A stretch of 64,000 nucleotides of DNA from Promethearchaeota archaeon (GCA_048940645.1 JBHLOI010000002.1:57927-121926), one strand, 5' to 3'. Shown: positions 49,455 to 59,777, counted from the stretch's first letter. The notes: generated by a model not told the origin, from the letters alone. A program made the numbers and translations.

Positions 49455-50423
49455 ATGTCTGTACTAACAGCTTGGAGGGATAAATGTGTTATTACTTGTG
49501 CACTCACGGGTTCAGCTACAATACCTTCTCAAACGCCATATCTGCCAATAACTCCAGATCAGATCGCTGAAGAAGCTAAAAAAGCTTGCGATGCAGGTGC
49601 GGCTGTTGTTCATGTCCATGTTAGAGACCCTAAAACTGCTATGCCATCTTCTGATTTGGGGATTTGGAGAGAAACTCTCGAAAAAATTAAAGCTAAGACA
49701 GATGTAGTGGTTTGTTGCACTACTGGAGGAGGTGCTGGAATGACAGCAGAGGAAAGAATTTCTGTTGTTCCAGAATTTAAACCGGAAATGTGTTCCTTTA
49801 ATTGCGAGTCCATGAATTTTTCAATTTTCCCTCTAATGGAAAAAATTCAAGAATGGAAATATCCTTGGGAAAAAGCACTAGTAACTATGAGTAAAGGATT
49901 GGTTTTTCAAAATAGTTTTGTAGATCTGGAGAAATTTGTAAAAACAATGTATGAAAATAATGTTAAACCTGAACTTGAAATTTATAGCACCAGTGGTCTC
50001 TGGAATGCAGGAGCTATGGTTAGATTTGGATGGCTAAAACTTCCTCTTCATATGCAATTTGTATTAGGAGTGCTAGGTGGAACTGGAAATACACCATGGG
50101 AATTGATGCACTTACATACCGAAGCTTTTAGACTCCTAGGAGAAAAAAATTTTACATGGTCTGTAATAGGCCTTGGGTATCCCAGAGAATTTCATTTAGG
50201 GGCTATTTCCGCAACAATGGGTGGTCACATAAGAGTGGGTTTGGAAGACAATATCTCTCTCGGATACGATACCGAAAAGAAAGAACGAATCTTGGCAAAA
50301 AGCAACGCTGAATTAGTTGAAAAGATGGTAAGGATTGTAAATGAGCTTGGACGTGAAGTAGCTACTCCTGATGATGCAAGAAAGATGCTTAAACTTAAGG
50401 GTCTAGATAAAGTTAACTATTAA
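49455..50423 (+). CDS. beta-keto acid cleavage enzyme (Kce/BKACE, DUF849)
   Basis: CALTG, GAAVVHVHVRD, TTGG, KPELE, GGHIRVGLEDN, ATPDDAR. Confidence 0.92.
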   Translation: MSVLTAWRDKCVITCALTGSATIPSQTPYLPITPDQIAEEAKKACDAGAAVVHVHVRDPKTAMPSSDLGIWRETLEKIKAKTDVVVCCTTGGGAGMTAEERISVVPEFKPEMCSFNCESMNFSIFPLMEKIQEWKYPWEKALVTMSKGLVFQNSFVDLEKFVKTMYENNVKPELEIYSTSGLWNAGAMVRFGWLKLPLHMQFVLGVLGGTGNTPWELMHLHTEAFRLLGEKNFTWSVIGLGYPREFHLGAISATMGGHIRVGLEDNISLGYDTEKKERILAKSNAELVEKMVRIVNELGREVATPDDARKMLKLKGLDKVNY

Positions 50424-50627
50424 AATTAGATAAAATTTTCTTTTTTTATTTTTAAAGAATAGATATTGTAAGATTTTGAACAAATCAATTAAAGATTTTA
50501 ACAGAAAGTTAAATTATCATTAATTTAGCGTATCCTATTTATCTAATTAAAAATTATTTATATAAGATTTAATCAATAATATAATAATTCTTAATTTTAA
50601 TGAGAAAAAAATGGTAGGTAAGTTAAA

Positions 50628-51770
50628 ATGGATAAAGTTGCGATAGTAGGAGTTGCTCAAACCAAATATGAGGCAGAGAAGATAGATCAGACATATATGG
50701 AGCTTGTATTTGAAGTTGTTAAGAAACTATATAATGATTTAGATATAACTAACGATGATGTTGGTTCTGTTATAACAAGTTCTAATGACTTTAATGACGG
50801 AAGAACAATTGCTAATATGGCAATTCAAGATGCCGTGGGATCAATTGGAAAATCAGAATCTAGAGTTTCTGGTGATGGAGCCTTCGCATATGTTTATGCG
50901 GCAATGAGAATTCTTTCTGGAGAATATGATACAGTTATGGTTGTATCACATTGTAAGTGCTCTGAAGTAAATCAATATCTTGTAAATAACACAATTTTTG
51001 ATCCTTATTATCAGAGACATTTAGGTTTAGATCAAATCTCCTCTGCGGGTTTAATGGCTAATATGTATATGACAAAATATGGATTCACTGAAGAACAAGC
51101 AGCAAACGTAGTAGTAAAGAATCGGAAGAACGCATTAAGTAATCCCTATGCCCATCTAAGGAAGGAAGTTACTCTTGATGAAGTCTTATATTCACCAATG
51201 ATGGCATATCCTTTAAAAGAGTTGGAATTTCCTCCTTTCTCTGACGGAGCGGTGGCAATGTTATTAACTACTGAAGAATTGGCAAAGAACTTTACAGATA
51301 CTCCTGTTTGGTTAAAAGGATATGCAAGTTGTACTGATGCATATTATTTAGGTCACCGTACTATGAGTGATTTAATAGGATTAGAATTAGCTGCCAAAGA
51401 AGCCTATAAAATGGCAGGAATAAAAGATCCTGTTAAAGATTTAGATGTTGCTGAAGTCTATGACGCTTTTTCTGTTCATGAGCTTATGAGTTATGAAGCT
51501 TTAGGTTTCTGTAATAAAGGTGAAGGAGGCAAATTTCTTGATAGTAGAGAGACTCAAATAGGTGGAAACCTACCAGTCAATCCCTCTGGTGGTGTACTTT
51601 CAAGTAATCCAACAATGGCAAATGGATTAATTCGCGTAGCAGAAGTTGCCTTACAAATAATGGGTAAAGCTGATAAAAGACAAATCGCTGATTCTAAATT
51701 AGGATTAGCTAATGGTATGAATGGGATTTGTTCTCAAGGTAATTGTGTATTAATTTTTGGAGGTGAATGA
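50628..51770 (+). CDS. thiolase-fold (SCP-x/Ltp4-like) protein, cassette B
   Basis: SNDFNDGR, ESRVSGDG, VKNRKNA, SDGA, AEVYD, LPVNPSGG. Confidence 0.87.
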   Translation: MDKVAIVGVAQTKYEAEKIDQTYMELVFEVVKKLYNDLDITNDDVGSVITSSNDFNDGRTIANMAIQDAVGSIGKSESRVSGDGAFAYVYAAMRILSGEYDTVMVVSHCKCSEVNQYLVNNTIFDPYYQRHLGLDQISSAGLMANMYMTKYGFTEEQAANVVVKNRKNALSNPYAHLRKEVTLDEVLYSPMMAYPLKELEFPPFSDGAVAMLLTTEELAKNFTDTPVWLKGYASCTDAYYLGHRTMSDLIGLELAAKEAYKMAGIKDPVKDLDVAEVYDAFSVHELMSYEALGFCNKGEGGKFLDSRETQIGGNLPVNPSGGVLSSNPTMANGLIRVAEVALQIMGKADKRQIADSKLGLANGMNGICSQGNCVLIFGGE

Positions 51771-52623
51771 AAAAATGTCTAAAAACGATGTTGCTGTTGT
51801 TGGTATAGGGCAAACTAAATTTAGAAGTAAAAGAAGGGATGTAAATATTCCAGAAATGATTTACGAAGCTGCTAAAATGGCTTTAGATGATGCTGAACTT
51901 GAACCAAAAGACATTGATGCGATTATAATTGGGAATATGGATCACTTTGAGGGCATAAATTTCTCTGAACTATGGTGTGGAATTGATGCTGCGCCTGGAT
52001 ATTTAAAACCAGTCGTTAAAGTAGCAACAGGTGGTACTACTGGCAGTTCTTTGGCAATTTGTGGATATTATAATGTTGCTTCTGGAATTTATAATAAAGT
52101 ATTAGTTATAGGTTGGGAAAAATTAAACGAGGGAGGGGCCACGACTGGAATTATCACTGCTTTTGATCCAGTATGGGAACGTCCTTCTTTAGCAGGAGCT
52201 TTAGGACCTCTTGCACTTATGGCTAATACATACGCAGCGAAATACGGAATTACTCCCGAACAAGCAGCTAAGGTAACTGTAAAAAACAGGAGTAATGCTG
52301 CTAATAACCCATTTGCTCATCTGCAAATGCCTAATATTACCGTAGATTATGTAATGAGTTCACAGATGATTTCCTATCCTTTAAGATTGCATGATTGTTG
52401 TCCTCAAAGTGAAGGAGCTTGTGCTATTATTTATGCTAATGAGGAAGAAACGAAAAAAGTAACAGATAATCCAGCTTGGATTCAATCAGTTGCAACAGCG
52501 CATTATTATACTTTTGGTACTGATACAATCATGTTTGATCTCCCATCAGCTGCCATTGCTTCAAAGGAGGCCTATAGAAAGGCTGGAATAAAAGATCCTG
52601 TTAAAGATTTAGATGTTGCTGAA
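51417..52623 (+). repeat. 39-bp perfect direct repeat (51417-51455 and 52585-52623) inside two thiolase-fold paralogues
   Basis: GGAATAAAAGATCCTGTTAAAGATTTAGATGTTGCTGAA read at both positions. Confidence 0.9.
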
Positions 52624-52941
52624 ATTTATGAGCCTACGTCATGGAGTGAACTATCATGGACAGAATCTTTAGGTTTCTGTAAAAATGGAGAAGGTGGAAA
52701 GATATTAGATGAAGGTATCACTCAAATGGGTGGTGAATTACCAGTTAATCCTTCAGGAGGGGTTTTGAGTACTAATCCAATTGGAGCTACAGCATTAGTT
52801 CGGGTAGCAGAAGCCGCTATTCAGGTAATGGGTAGAGGTGGAAAAAGACAAGTTCCAGATGTCGAAAAAGCTCTCTCAATGGGTTTTGGAGGAAGCCTTT
52901 GGACTGAGATACTGATATTAGGTAACGAACCGAAGAGGTGA
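51775..52941 (+). CDS. thiolase-fold (SCP-x/Ltp3-like) protein, cassette B
   Basis: VATGGTTG, KNRSNA, CPQSEGA, LPVNPSGGVLSTNPIGA; ATG 51775 follows SD GGAGGTGA. Confidence 0.87.
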   Translation: MSKNDVAVVGIGQTKFRSKRRDVNIPEMIYEAAKMALDDAELEPKDIDAIIIGNMDHFEGINFSELWCGIDAAPGYLKPVVKVATGGTTGSSLAICGYYNVASGIYNKVLVIGWEKLNEGGATTGIITAFDPVWERPSLAGALGPLALMANTYAAKYGITPEQAAKVTVKNRSNAANNPFAHLQMPNITVDYVMSSQMISYPLRLHDCCPQSEGACAIIYANEEETKKVTDNPAWIQSVATAHYYTFGTDTIMFDLPSAAIASKEAYRKAGIKDPVKDLDVAEIYEPTSWSELSWTESLGFCKNGEGGKILDEGITQMGGELPVNPSGGVLSTNPIGATALVRVAEAAIQVMGRGGKRQVPDVEKALSMGFGGSLWTEILILGNEPKR

Positions 52942-52946
52942 ATTAA

Positions 52947-53435
52947 ATGAGTAAAAGAAAAGATAAAGAAAAGGTATTTGAAATTAAATGGAAAACTGAT
53001 CTTCCTTATCGATATTCAATTGGTAAACTTGCTGTGAAATTTTTTGAAGAATTGAAGAATAATAAAAAAATTCTTGGTAGTAAATGCCCTAAGTGCGGTA
53101 AAGTACACTTTCCTCCTAGAGGTGTATGTGCAGATTGTTTAGTTGAAATGACTCTAGATGATATGGTAGAGCTATCTCCAAGAGGTACATTAGCAGGATT
53201 CACGGTTGTGAATTATCCTTTTGTCGATCCGAATACGGGCGGGATGCGCCCCTTTCCTTATGGATATGCTATATTCAAATTAGACGGTGCTGATACTTAT
53301 ACTATGCATTTCTTAGATGAAACAGATTATACCAAAATGAATGTTGGTCAACATGTCGAAGCAGTGTTTAAGGAAGAAAGGGAAGGTAATATTGGTGATA
53401 TTCCTTATTTTAGAATAATAAAGGAGGAAGAATGA
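52947..53435 (+). CDS. DUF35 Zn-ribbon/OB-fold protein
   Basis: CPKCGKVHFPPRGVCADC, VGQHVEAVF. Confidence 0.9.
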   Translation: MSKRKDKEKVFEIKWKTDLPYRYSIGKLAVKFFEELKNNKKILGSKCPKCGKVHFPPRGVCADCLVEMTLDDMVELSPRGTLAGFTVVNYPFVDPNTGGMRPFPYGYAIFKLDGADTYTMHFLDETDYTKMNVGQHVEAVFKEEREGNIGDIPYFRIIKEEE

Positions 53436-53450
53436 AGAGGTGGTTGCCTA

Positions 53451-53900
53451 ATGGGAGAAGAAATAGAAAAGAAAGTGTTTAGAGGAAGAATTAAAGTACC
53501 TTATAAGCATACTTCTGGAGCCTATGTCGAGAAATTTATAACAGATATTGGCAAAAATCATAAAATTATGGGAGTAAAGTGTCCAAAATGTAATAGAGTG
53601 TTTGTTCCTCCTAAAATGATATGTTTTGAATGTTTTGAAAAGATGGAAGAATGGATTGAAGTTGGAAATAGCGGAACAGTAACCGGCTTTACCATAATTA
53701 CACATTCTACGCCCGTATTACCATTGGAACCCCCATTTGCTTATGCAAGAATAAGGCTAGAGGGTGCTGATACAGACTTCGTACATTTGATTAAAGAAAG
53801 TGATCCAAGCAAGTTAAAAGTTGGAATGAAAGTTGAAGCTGTTTTTAAAGAAAAACCAAGGAAACGGATCTTGGATATTGAATATTTTAAACCCATATAA
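53451..53900 (+). CDS. DUF35 Zn-ribbon/OB-fold protein
   Basis: CPKC...PPKMICFEC, VGMKVEAVF. Confidence 0.9.
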   Translation: MGEEIEKKVFRGRIKVPYKHTSGAYVEKFITDIGKNHKIMGVKCPKCNRVFVPPKMICFECFEKMEEWIEVGNSGTVTGFTIITHSTPVLPLEPPFAYARIRLEGADTDFVHLIKESDPSKLKVGMKVEAVFKEKPRKRILDIEYFKPI

Positions 53901-53975
53901 TAAAGAATTAATTTCTATTTTTTTTATCTAATTTAATTTAAATAAAATTTAAATAAAATTCTGGAATCAAGAAAA

Positions 53976-54800
53976 ATGATTGAAGATGTTATCTTAATTG
54001 AGGAAAATGAAGATAAGACCATTATTACAATTAAAATGAATCGTCTTGACAAAAAAAATGCATTGAATTATGATTTAATGTTTGGACTTCTAAAAGCTAT
54101 AGACCAAATAGAACGTACTAATGCTAGAGTAGTTATTATTACTGGAGGAGATGAATTTTTTAGTTCAGGAATAGATTTAAACTTTTTAACAGGGCAAGAG
54201 AAAGATCCTGAGGGGGTTATTCCTGATTTGCGAATTCCCCGCAATTTTAGATACTTTGCAAACACTTGGATTCATCCAATTTTTACTAAAATTGAAAAGA
54301 TGGAAAAGCCCGTTATTGCTAAAATAAACGGTTATTGTTATGGAATGGGGTTTGAACTCGCCTTAGCCTGCGACTTTCGATTTTGTACTGAATCCGCTCA
54401 ATTTCATATGCTAGAAAGCAAACTAGGGATTAATCCAGATGTAGGCGGAACAATTAGGTTAACAAGGCTTGTTGGCATCCAAAATACAAAAGATATTATT
54501 TTAACGGGTCGTATGTTTGATGGGAATGAGGCTTATCGACTTGGAGTAGTAAATCGAGTTGCTAAGACCCATGAGGAATTAGATTCGATTATAAAAATGT
54601 ATACTGATGAATTATTGACCAGCGGACCTTTAGTAGTTGGACTTGCTAAAAAGCTGATTGATGATTGCTACGGTAAGGACACTGCTTTTGGATTAGAGCT
54701 TGAAACATTAGTAAGTTCGCAATTAATTCAAACAAAAGATGCGGTAAATGCTGGCCTGGCTCGTTTAACAAAGACTAAACCAAAATGGAAATGGAAATAA
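53976..54800 (+). CDS. enoyl-CoA hydratase/isomerase (crotonase) family protein
   Basis: KKNAL, FSSGIDL, KPVIAKING...GMGFELALACD, ESKLGINPDVGGT. Confidence 0.92.
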   Translation: MIEDVILIEENEDKTIITIKMNRLDKKNALNYDLMFGLLKAIDQIERTNARVVIITGGDEFFSSGIDLNFLTGQEKDPEGVIPDLRIPRNFRYFANTWIHPIFTKIEKMEKPVIAKINGYCYGMGFELALACDFRFCTESAQFHMLESKLGINPDVGGTIRLTRLVGIQNTKDIILTGRMFDGNEAYRLGVVNRVAKTHEELDSIIKMYTDELLTSGPLVVGLAKKLIDDCYGKDTAFGLELETLVSSQLIQTKDAVNAGLARLTKTKPKWKWK

Positions 54801-55194
54801 GATTTTTTTTAAAAATTTTATACATTTTTTTTATATTAAATTATTGCTGTGCACATATACATAAAATTTACTTTATATTAAACTCAAATTGACTTCTTTT
54901 TTTCCACTAAAGTCTAATGGGAAGAACTATGCCTTATCCTTTAAATAAAAAATAACATATCTTACTTTTATGGAAGATTTTGAAACAATCATTCAAAAAC
55001 AAATTCAGACTTCAAAATCACTATATATAGAAACAAATATGGGCTGTTTTTTAAAAAGAATAAATCTATTAAAACAAAAGCTAAAAGAGAGTAAAAAGTG
55101 TAAAGATAAAACCATTAACTAATTTTAATCTCTCCAAAAGATATTTGAAATTTTTATGCAATGCAATTTTCATTAAAAAAAATTGGAAAGAAAA

Positions 55195-56394
55195 TTAAAA
55201 ATCTATATCTTTACCCTCATAAGCATATCTATAAATATTTTCGAAATCTGCTTTAGAAGGTAACCTTGGGCTCATTGAACCGCTTGCATCTTGAAAACAA
55301 AAATTAACTAAGCAATCCAAATTATTTTCTAATTGTTCTTTTGAAATTCCTAAATCTTGAATTTTTTCTGGAAATCCTACTTCTCTATACAATTCTTTTA
55401 ACTTTTCGATAACTAAATTAGCAACTTTTTTATTATCATCTTCCCAATTAGCCCATCCAAGTTGTTTTGCTAGTTTTGCATAAATTTCAACTGAGAGATC
55501 ATCTTTATCTGGATTATTCAAACAATATTGTGTTGCATATTTTAACATGATTCCAACACATTTTCCATGAGGGATGGTAAAAACAGCTCCAAGACAATGG
55601 CCTGTGGTATGGCCAATGTGCAAATTTGCATTGCCAAATGCTAGTCCTGCCATTGTGGCTGCCTGATGTAAATAATCTCTGGCTTCCTTATTTTTTCCAT
55701 CTTTATAAGCAATAGGTAAATATTTAAGGCTTAATTCAATTGCTTTAGTAGCTAGAGCATTGCTAAATTCATTTTTTCCATTTGCTATCAAACTTTCTAT
55801 AGCATGTGCTACTATATCCATACCTGTATCCAATGTTAAATTAGGAGGCATTCCTATAGGGAAAATAGGATCTAATATCGCATACGAGGGGACTAATCCT
55901 CTATGGGCTTGTATTAGTTTTTGCCATACTCCATCATTATTCCTTGAAATAACAGCATCATAAGTAACATCAGCTCCAGTTCCAGATGTAGTAGGGATAG
56001 CAATAAATTTAGCCTTTTTACCCAAATCGTAGAGATCTCTGTTAAAGATATGAAGATCGTCTATTCCATATTGAGGATATTCATACATTGCCCAAATAAC
56101 CTTAGCTGTGTCAATAACAGACCCACCTCCTAGAGCAATAATTAGGTCGGGTGCATAAGAGTTACATAAATGCTTAACTTTTAATACAAGTTCTTCTCTT
56201 GGATCTGGTTGTACTTCATTAAAAATGTCATAGGTTTTTCCTAATTTTTCTAATTTATCTGTTAAAACCTTTAAATAGCCAAATCTTTTAATAATTTCAT
56301 CTGTAATGATGTAACATTTTTCTCCCGTGATGTTTTCTAAAAAATCTAATGCGTCCTCTCCATAAATTATATCTGGACTAAAAAAATACCACAA
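55195..56394 (-). CDS. iron-containing alcohol dehydrogenase
   Basis: ALGGGSVIDTAK, IPTTSGTG, D..AHAIE, AGLAF, PHG. Confidence 0.92.
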   Translation of the reverse strand: MWYFFSPDIIYGEDALDFLENITGEKCYIITDEIIKRFGYLKVLTDKLEKLGKTYDIFNEVQPDPREELVLKVKHLCNSYAPDLIIALGGGSVIDTAKVIWAMYEYPQYGIDDLHIFNRDLYDLGKKAKFIAIPTTSGTGADVTYDAVISRNNDGVWQKLIQAHRGLVPSYAILDPIFPIGMPPNLTLDTGMDIVAHAIESLIANGKNEFSNALATKAIELSLKYLPIAYKDGKNKEARDYLHQAATMAGLAFGNANLHIGHTTGHCLGAVFTIPHGKCVGIMLKYATQYCLNNPDKDDLSVEIYAKLAKQLGWANWEDDNKKVANLVIEKLKELYREVGFPEKIQDLGISKEQLENNLDCLVNFCFQDASGSMSPRLPSKADFENIYRYAYEGKDIDF

Positions 56395-56448
56395 TTCAAT
56401 AAATCACTTCCATTTATTTAAAAAATAATAAACTCTAAGATTTTAGAT

Positions 56449-56850
56449 TTACAAAAATTCCGTTTCGACATTTTGCAGGCTGTTAACGATTTCTTGAGCA
56501 GCGCGCGTAGCTCTCATCAACTTTGCCATGTTTCCCACGAGTCTTAACTTTCCAGACATTACCCCTTGGATAGTATCTAATTCCTTTTTAGCTATTTTTA
56601 CCCAATTGTCATAAGGTCCAGAAAGTGTAAATTCAACTTCCACTTCTTCACCTTCTTCTAATAATTTCACACCAGTGCATTCACCATGATGAAGGCCAAG
56701 GAAAAATTGTACTTCATGGTCTAATGGACCGCTAGGTTGAATTACACAAAGCATATCTCCTGTCCACCAAGATGCTGCTTCATGATAGGCAGGATTATCA
56801 TTAATAGCTTTTCCAAAAGCTTCTAACCACTCTTTTGTTAAAATTTTCAT
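56449..56850 (-). CDS. SCP2 sterol/lipid-binding domain protein
   Basis: FTLSGPYDNW...LDTIQGVMSGKLRLVGNMAKLMR SCP2 signature. Confidence 0.88.
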   Translation of the reverse strand: MKILTKEWLEAFGKAINDNPAYHEAASWWTGDMLCVIQPSGPLDHEVQFFLGLHHGECTGVKLLEEGEEVEVEFTLSGPYDNWVKIAKKELDTIQGVMSGKLRLVGNMAKLMRATRAAQEIVNSLQNVETEFL

Positions 56851-56931
56851 AACATTCTCCTTTAAAAATAATTTTTTGTATTTTTTGTTTCTTTAAATAT
56901 TTAATATTTTTTAGTATTTATTAAAAAAAAT

Positions 56932-58128
56932 TTAGGTTAGAGTTAAATCCAGTTGGATATCTGTTAAAGGATATGATATACAAGGATGAATAAAACCAAA
57001 ATTCTTATCAACCTCGCGAATTGTAACTTCGGGAGGTACAAAGACTTTTCCAGAAATTATTTTGGTTCTGCACAATGCGCATTCACCCGAACGACATCCA
57101 TTATCTATGTATAAAGCTAAATCTTTTGTACGTTCTAAGCTATTAAGTAACGGCTCGATACAATATGCTTCAAATTCAAGTTTTTCTGTTTTATTAAATT
57201 TCCTGAATTTAACTGAAATTTTAACTTTTTTCGAAAAGTTAATTTCTGTTGGCCATCCCAAAACTTGAGTGATATCATCTGGAACACCAAATGCTTCATA
57301 ATATACTCTGTGCTTAGAAATTCCTAATTCCTTCATTTCCTCTTTTATAAATTGATACATAGGACGATTTCCAACTATATAGAAATATTTATCTTTAATT
57401 GAACCGATCTCATTTAAAATCTTATCTCTTGTAATAAAACCACATTCTCCTTTCCAATCAGGTTCTGGTTCTGATAAAATGAATTTAATGTTTATATTTG
57501 GCCTTCTTGTTTGTAGATCTTCTAATTCATCTCTAAATAGAATATCTTTTTCACTTAAGCATCCATATATTAGTGAGATATTTAAAGCAGCTCCTGTCTC
57601 AGAAATGTATCGCAACATTGATATAAATGGTGTTATACCACATCCACCGGCAATAAAGACTAAATCTTTACCATGAAATATTGAATTATAATATAGATTT
57701 CCTAATGGCTCAGTAACTTCAAAAATATCTCCAATTTTAGCATTATCAAATATAAATGGACTAACAAATCCATCTTCTTTTTTTCTTATACCTAATTCAT
57801 AGTAGGCAAGTTGATTTGGTGACGATACTATTGAATAAGGGCGTGAGGTTCGCACTCCGTTAATTTCTACTATAAGTCCTATATATTGTCCCGCACGAAA
57901 TGGTGCAAGGGGTTTATTTTGTTTGGCAGAAATAAACCTAAATAATTTTGTATCGTGGGAGAGCGCTATAATATCAGTTATCTTTAATAGATGTTTTCCA
58001 GGATGTATTCTATCGCATAAGTTTTCCAAACCATCAAAATACCATGGTATTGCTTGAAGATCTTCCCGTTGCTTTTTTAGTTTTTCAGCTTTTTGATATT
58101 TTTTTACATCCTCCATCATATTTACCAC
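56932..58128 (-). CDS. FAD/NAD-binding ferredoxin reductase with C-terminal [2Fe-2S] domain
   Basis: FRAGQY, RPYSIVS, GFVS, AGGCGITPF, GCRSGECALC...C; start may be 58119. Confidence 0.88.
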   Translation of the reverse strand: MVNMMEDVKKYQKAEKLKKQREDLQAIPWYFDGLENLCDRIHPGKHLLKITDIIALSHDTKLFRFISAKQNKPLAPFRAGQYIGLIVEINGVRTSRPYSIVSSPNQLAYYELGIRKKEDGFVSPFIFDNAKIGDIFEVTEPLGNLYYNSIFHGKDLVFIAGGCGITPFISMLRYISETGAALNISLIYGCLSEKDILFRDELEDLQTRRPNINIKFILSEPEPDWKGECGFITRDKILNEIGSIKDKYFYIVGNRPMYQFIKEEMKELGISKHRVYYEAFGVPDDITQVLGWPTEINFSKKVKISVKFRKFNKTEKLEFEAYCIEPLLNSLERTKDLALYIDNGCRSGECALCRTKIISGKVFVPPEVTIREVDKNFGFIHPCISYPLTDIQLDLTLT

Positions 58129-59675
58129 CTACCTTCAATTTTATCTTTTAAATACATCCCCGAAGCAATTCGCCCACCAAGAATTGTTGTAGAAAATCCT
58201 CCACCAAAATTTGTCCAAGCACCAACTTGGTAAAGTCCAGGGATTGCTCCTCTACTCTTTAATCTAAGTAAAGGTCCATTGGTAACATCTTGAGTTGTTC
58301 CGTAAATTGCACCTTCAATATTCTTAGAATACCTATAATATGTTAATGGAGTTGCTGCGACAGCAACTTCAATATGATCTCGAATCTCTGGGCATATAGT
58401 TTTCTCTACAAATGATATCATACTGTTTGCAATATCATCTTTAATGTGAAAATATTGATCAGGAGGAACACTTTGCCATAGTTTTCCCATCTGTAGGGTG
58501 GTCAATACTAATTCAGTTGTTCCAGGTGGAGATATATCATCATAAATATGATTATAACATGCTGCTACTATATATTTTGGTGCTTCTAATTTATGGAACA
58601 TTTCAAATGCTTCATTCATATCATAGTTTTTATTGATAAAAGTTTCGTGGGCTGTTAAACCTAAATCTTTATAAGGAATATTTAAACCAATATAAACTGA
58701 AAATCCTGAAGGACCTATTTCAGGAGCGTAAATCTTCTTCTTATAATCATCAGGAACAACCTCAGGGGGTAGCATTTTCATAGTAGTACATATAGGATTA
58801 ACATTTGAAATTATTGCCCTACTCTTATATATATCTCCATTAAGTAATTCTACTCCACAAACCTTATTATTTTCGACCAATATTCTATTAACTAAAGCAT
58901 TATACCTTATTTCTCCACCTAACTTTTCAAAAGCCTCTACCATTGCACTTACTAATGAATGGGATCGTCCTATTGGAAATGCTGCTCCCCATTTTAAATA
59001 AAATATTAACATTGCAATGAATGCATAAGCATTTATCCTATCTGGTGGTAAGCCAATATAACCCCAGAGTTGAGATATCAAGGATATCAGTTTCTTATCA
59101 GTGAAAAATTTATGATACAATTCTGAGAGTGTGATACCAGAAATACGTGGAAGCCATGGGTGTTCCTTAAGAACTTCTTGTGGCTTAAATTTTCCACCTT
59201 TCGAGGCAATATATTCAATTCCTTTTAAAACAGCCCCGCACATCTCCATAAATTCCTCAATCCCTTTTTTTTCAGCAGGAAAAAGTTCTATTAATTTATC
59301 TCTATATTGATCTTCACCTAAAGGCATAGTAACATCAAATCCATCAAGATAAACACTACGGTAAAACTCAGGTACATGTTTAAACCTTAATTTATCTGGA
59401 ACAACGCCTAGTCTTTCTAAAAATCTATAAAGGCTTCCTTTATTATCTTGTGTTCCTATATCACTTAATTCATGAAGAGCTCCTTCAAATTCAAATCGCC
59501 CTCTTACGAAGGAAGTTGCAAATCCGCCTGGAACATTATGCTTTTCAAGGAGTAATGCTTTTTCTCCTCTTAATACTAATTGACAAGCAGCACCAAGACC
59601 TCCAAGCCCAGCTCCAATTACAATAACAGGAAATGTAGAAATTATTCTATTATCATCATAAATACTATCTACCAT
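58122..59675 (-). CDS. phytoene desaturase/retinol saturase-like FAD-dependent oxidoreductase
   Basis: IGAGLGGL, EKHNVPGG, RGRFEFE, ATPLT, GAIYG, IPGLYQVGAW. Confidence 0.87.
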   Translation of the reverse strand: MVDSIYDDNRIISTFPVIVIGAGLGGLGAACQLVLRGEKALLLEKHNVPGGFATSFVRGRFEFEGALHELSDIGTQDNKGSLYRFLERLGVVPDKLRFKHVPEFYRSVYLDGFDVTMPLGEDQYRDKLIELFPAEKKGIEEFMEMCGAVLKGIEYIASKGGKFKPQEVLKEHPWLPRISGITLSELYHKFFTDKKLISLISQLWGYIGLPPDRINAYAFIAMLIFYLKWGAAFPIGRSHSLVSAMVEAFEKLGGEIRYNALVNRILVENNKVCGVELLNGDIYKSRAIISNVNPICTTMKMLPPEVVPDDYKKKIYAPEIGPSGFSVYIGLNIPYKDLGLTAHETFINKNYDMNEAFEMFHKLEAPKYIVAACYNHIYDDISPPGTTELVLTTLQMGKLWQSVPPDQYFHIKDDIANSMISFVEKTICPEIRDHIEVAVAATPLTYYRYSKNIEGAIYGTTQDVTNGPLLRLKSRGAIPGLYQVGAWTNFGGGFSTTILGGRIASGMYLKDKIEGRW

Positions 59676-59777
59676 AAAAAATAATTCTACTAGATTGCAT
59701 TTAAAATTATAGATTTCGTAATGAATTTTCTATTTTTGGAATAAAGTAGAATTTACGAAAAAGTTTGTTATTATTAT

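Noticed and set aside
58122-59675. Carotenoid biosynthesis (crtI)
   Set aside because: No phytoene synthase or cyclase nearby; family-level similarity only.
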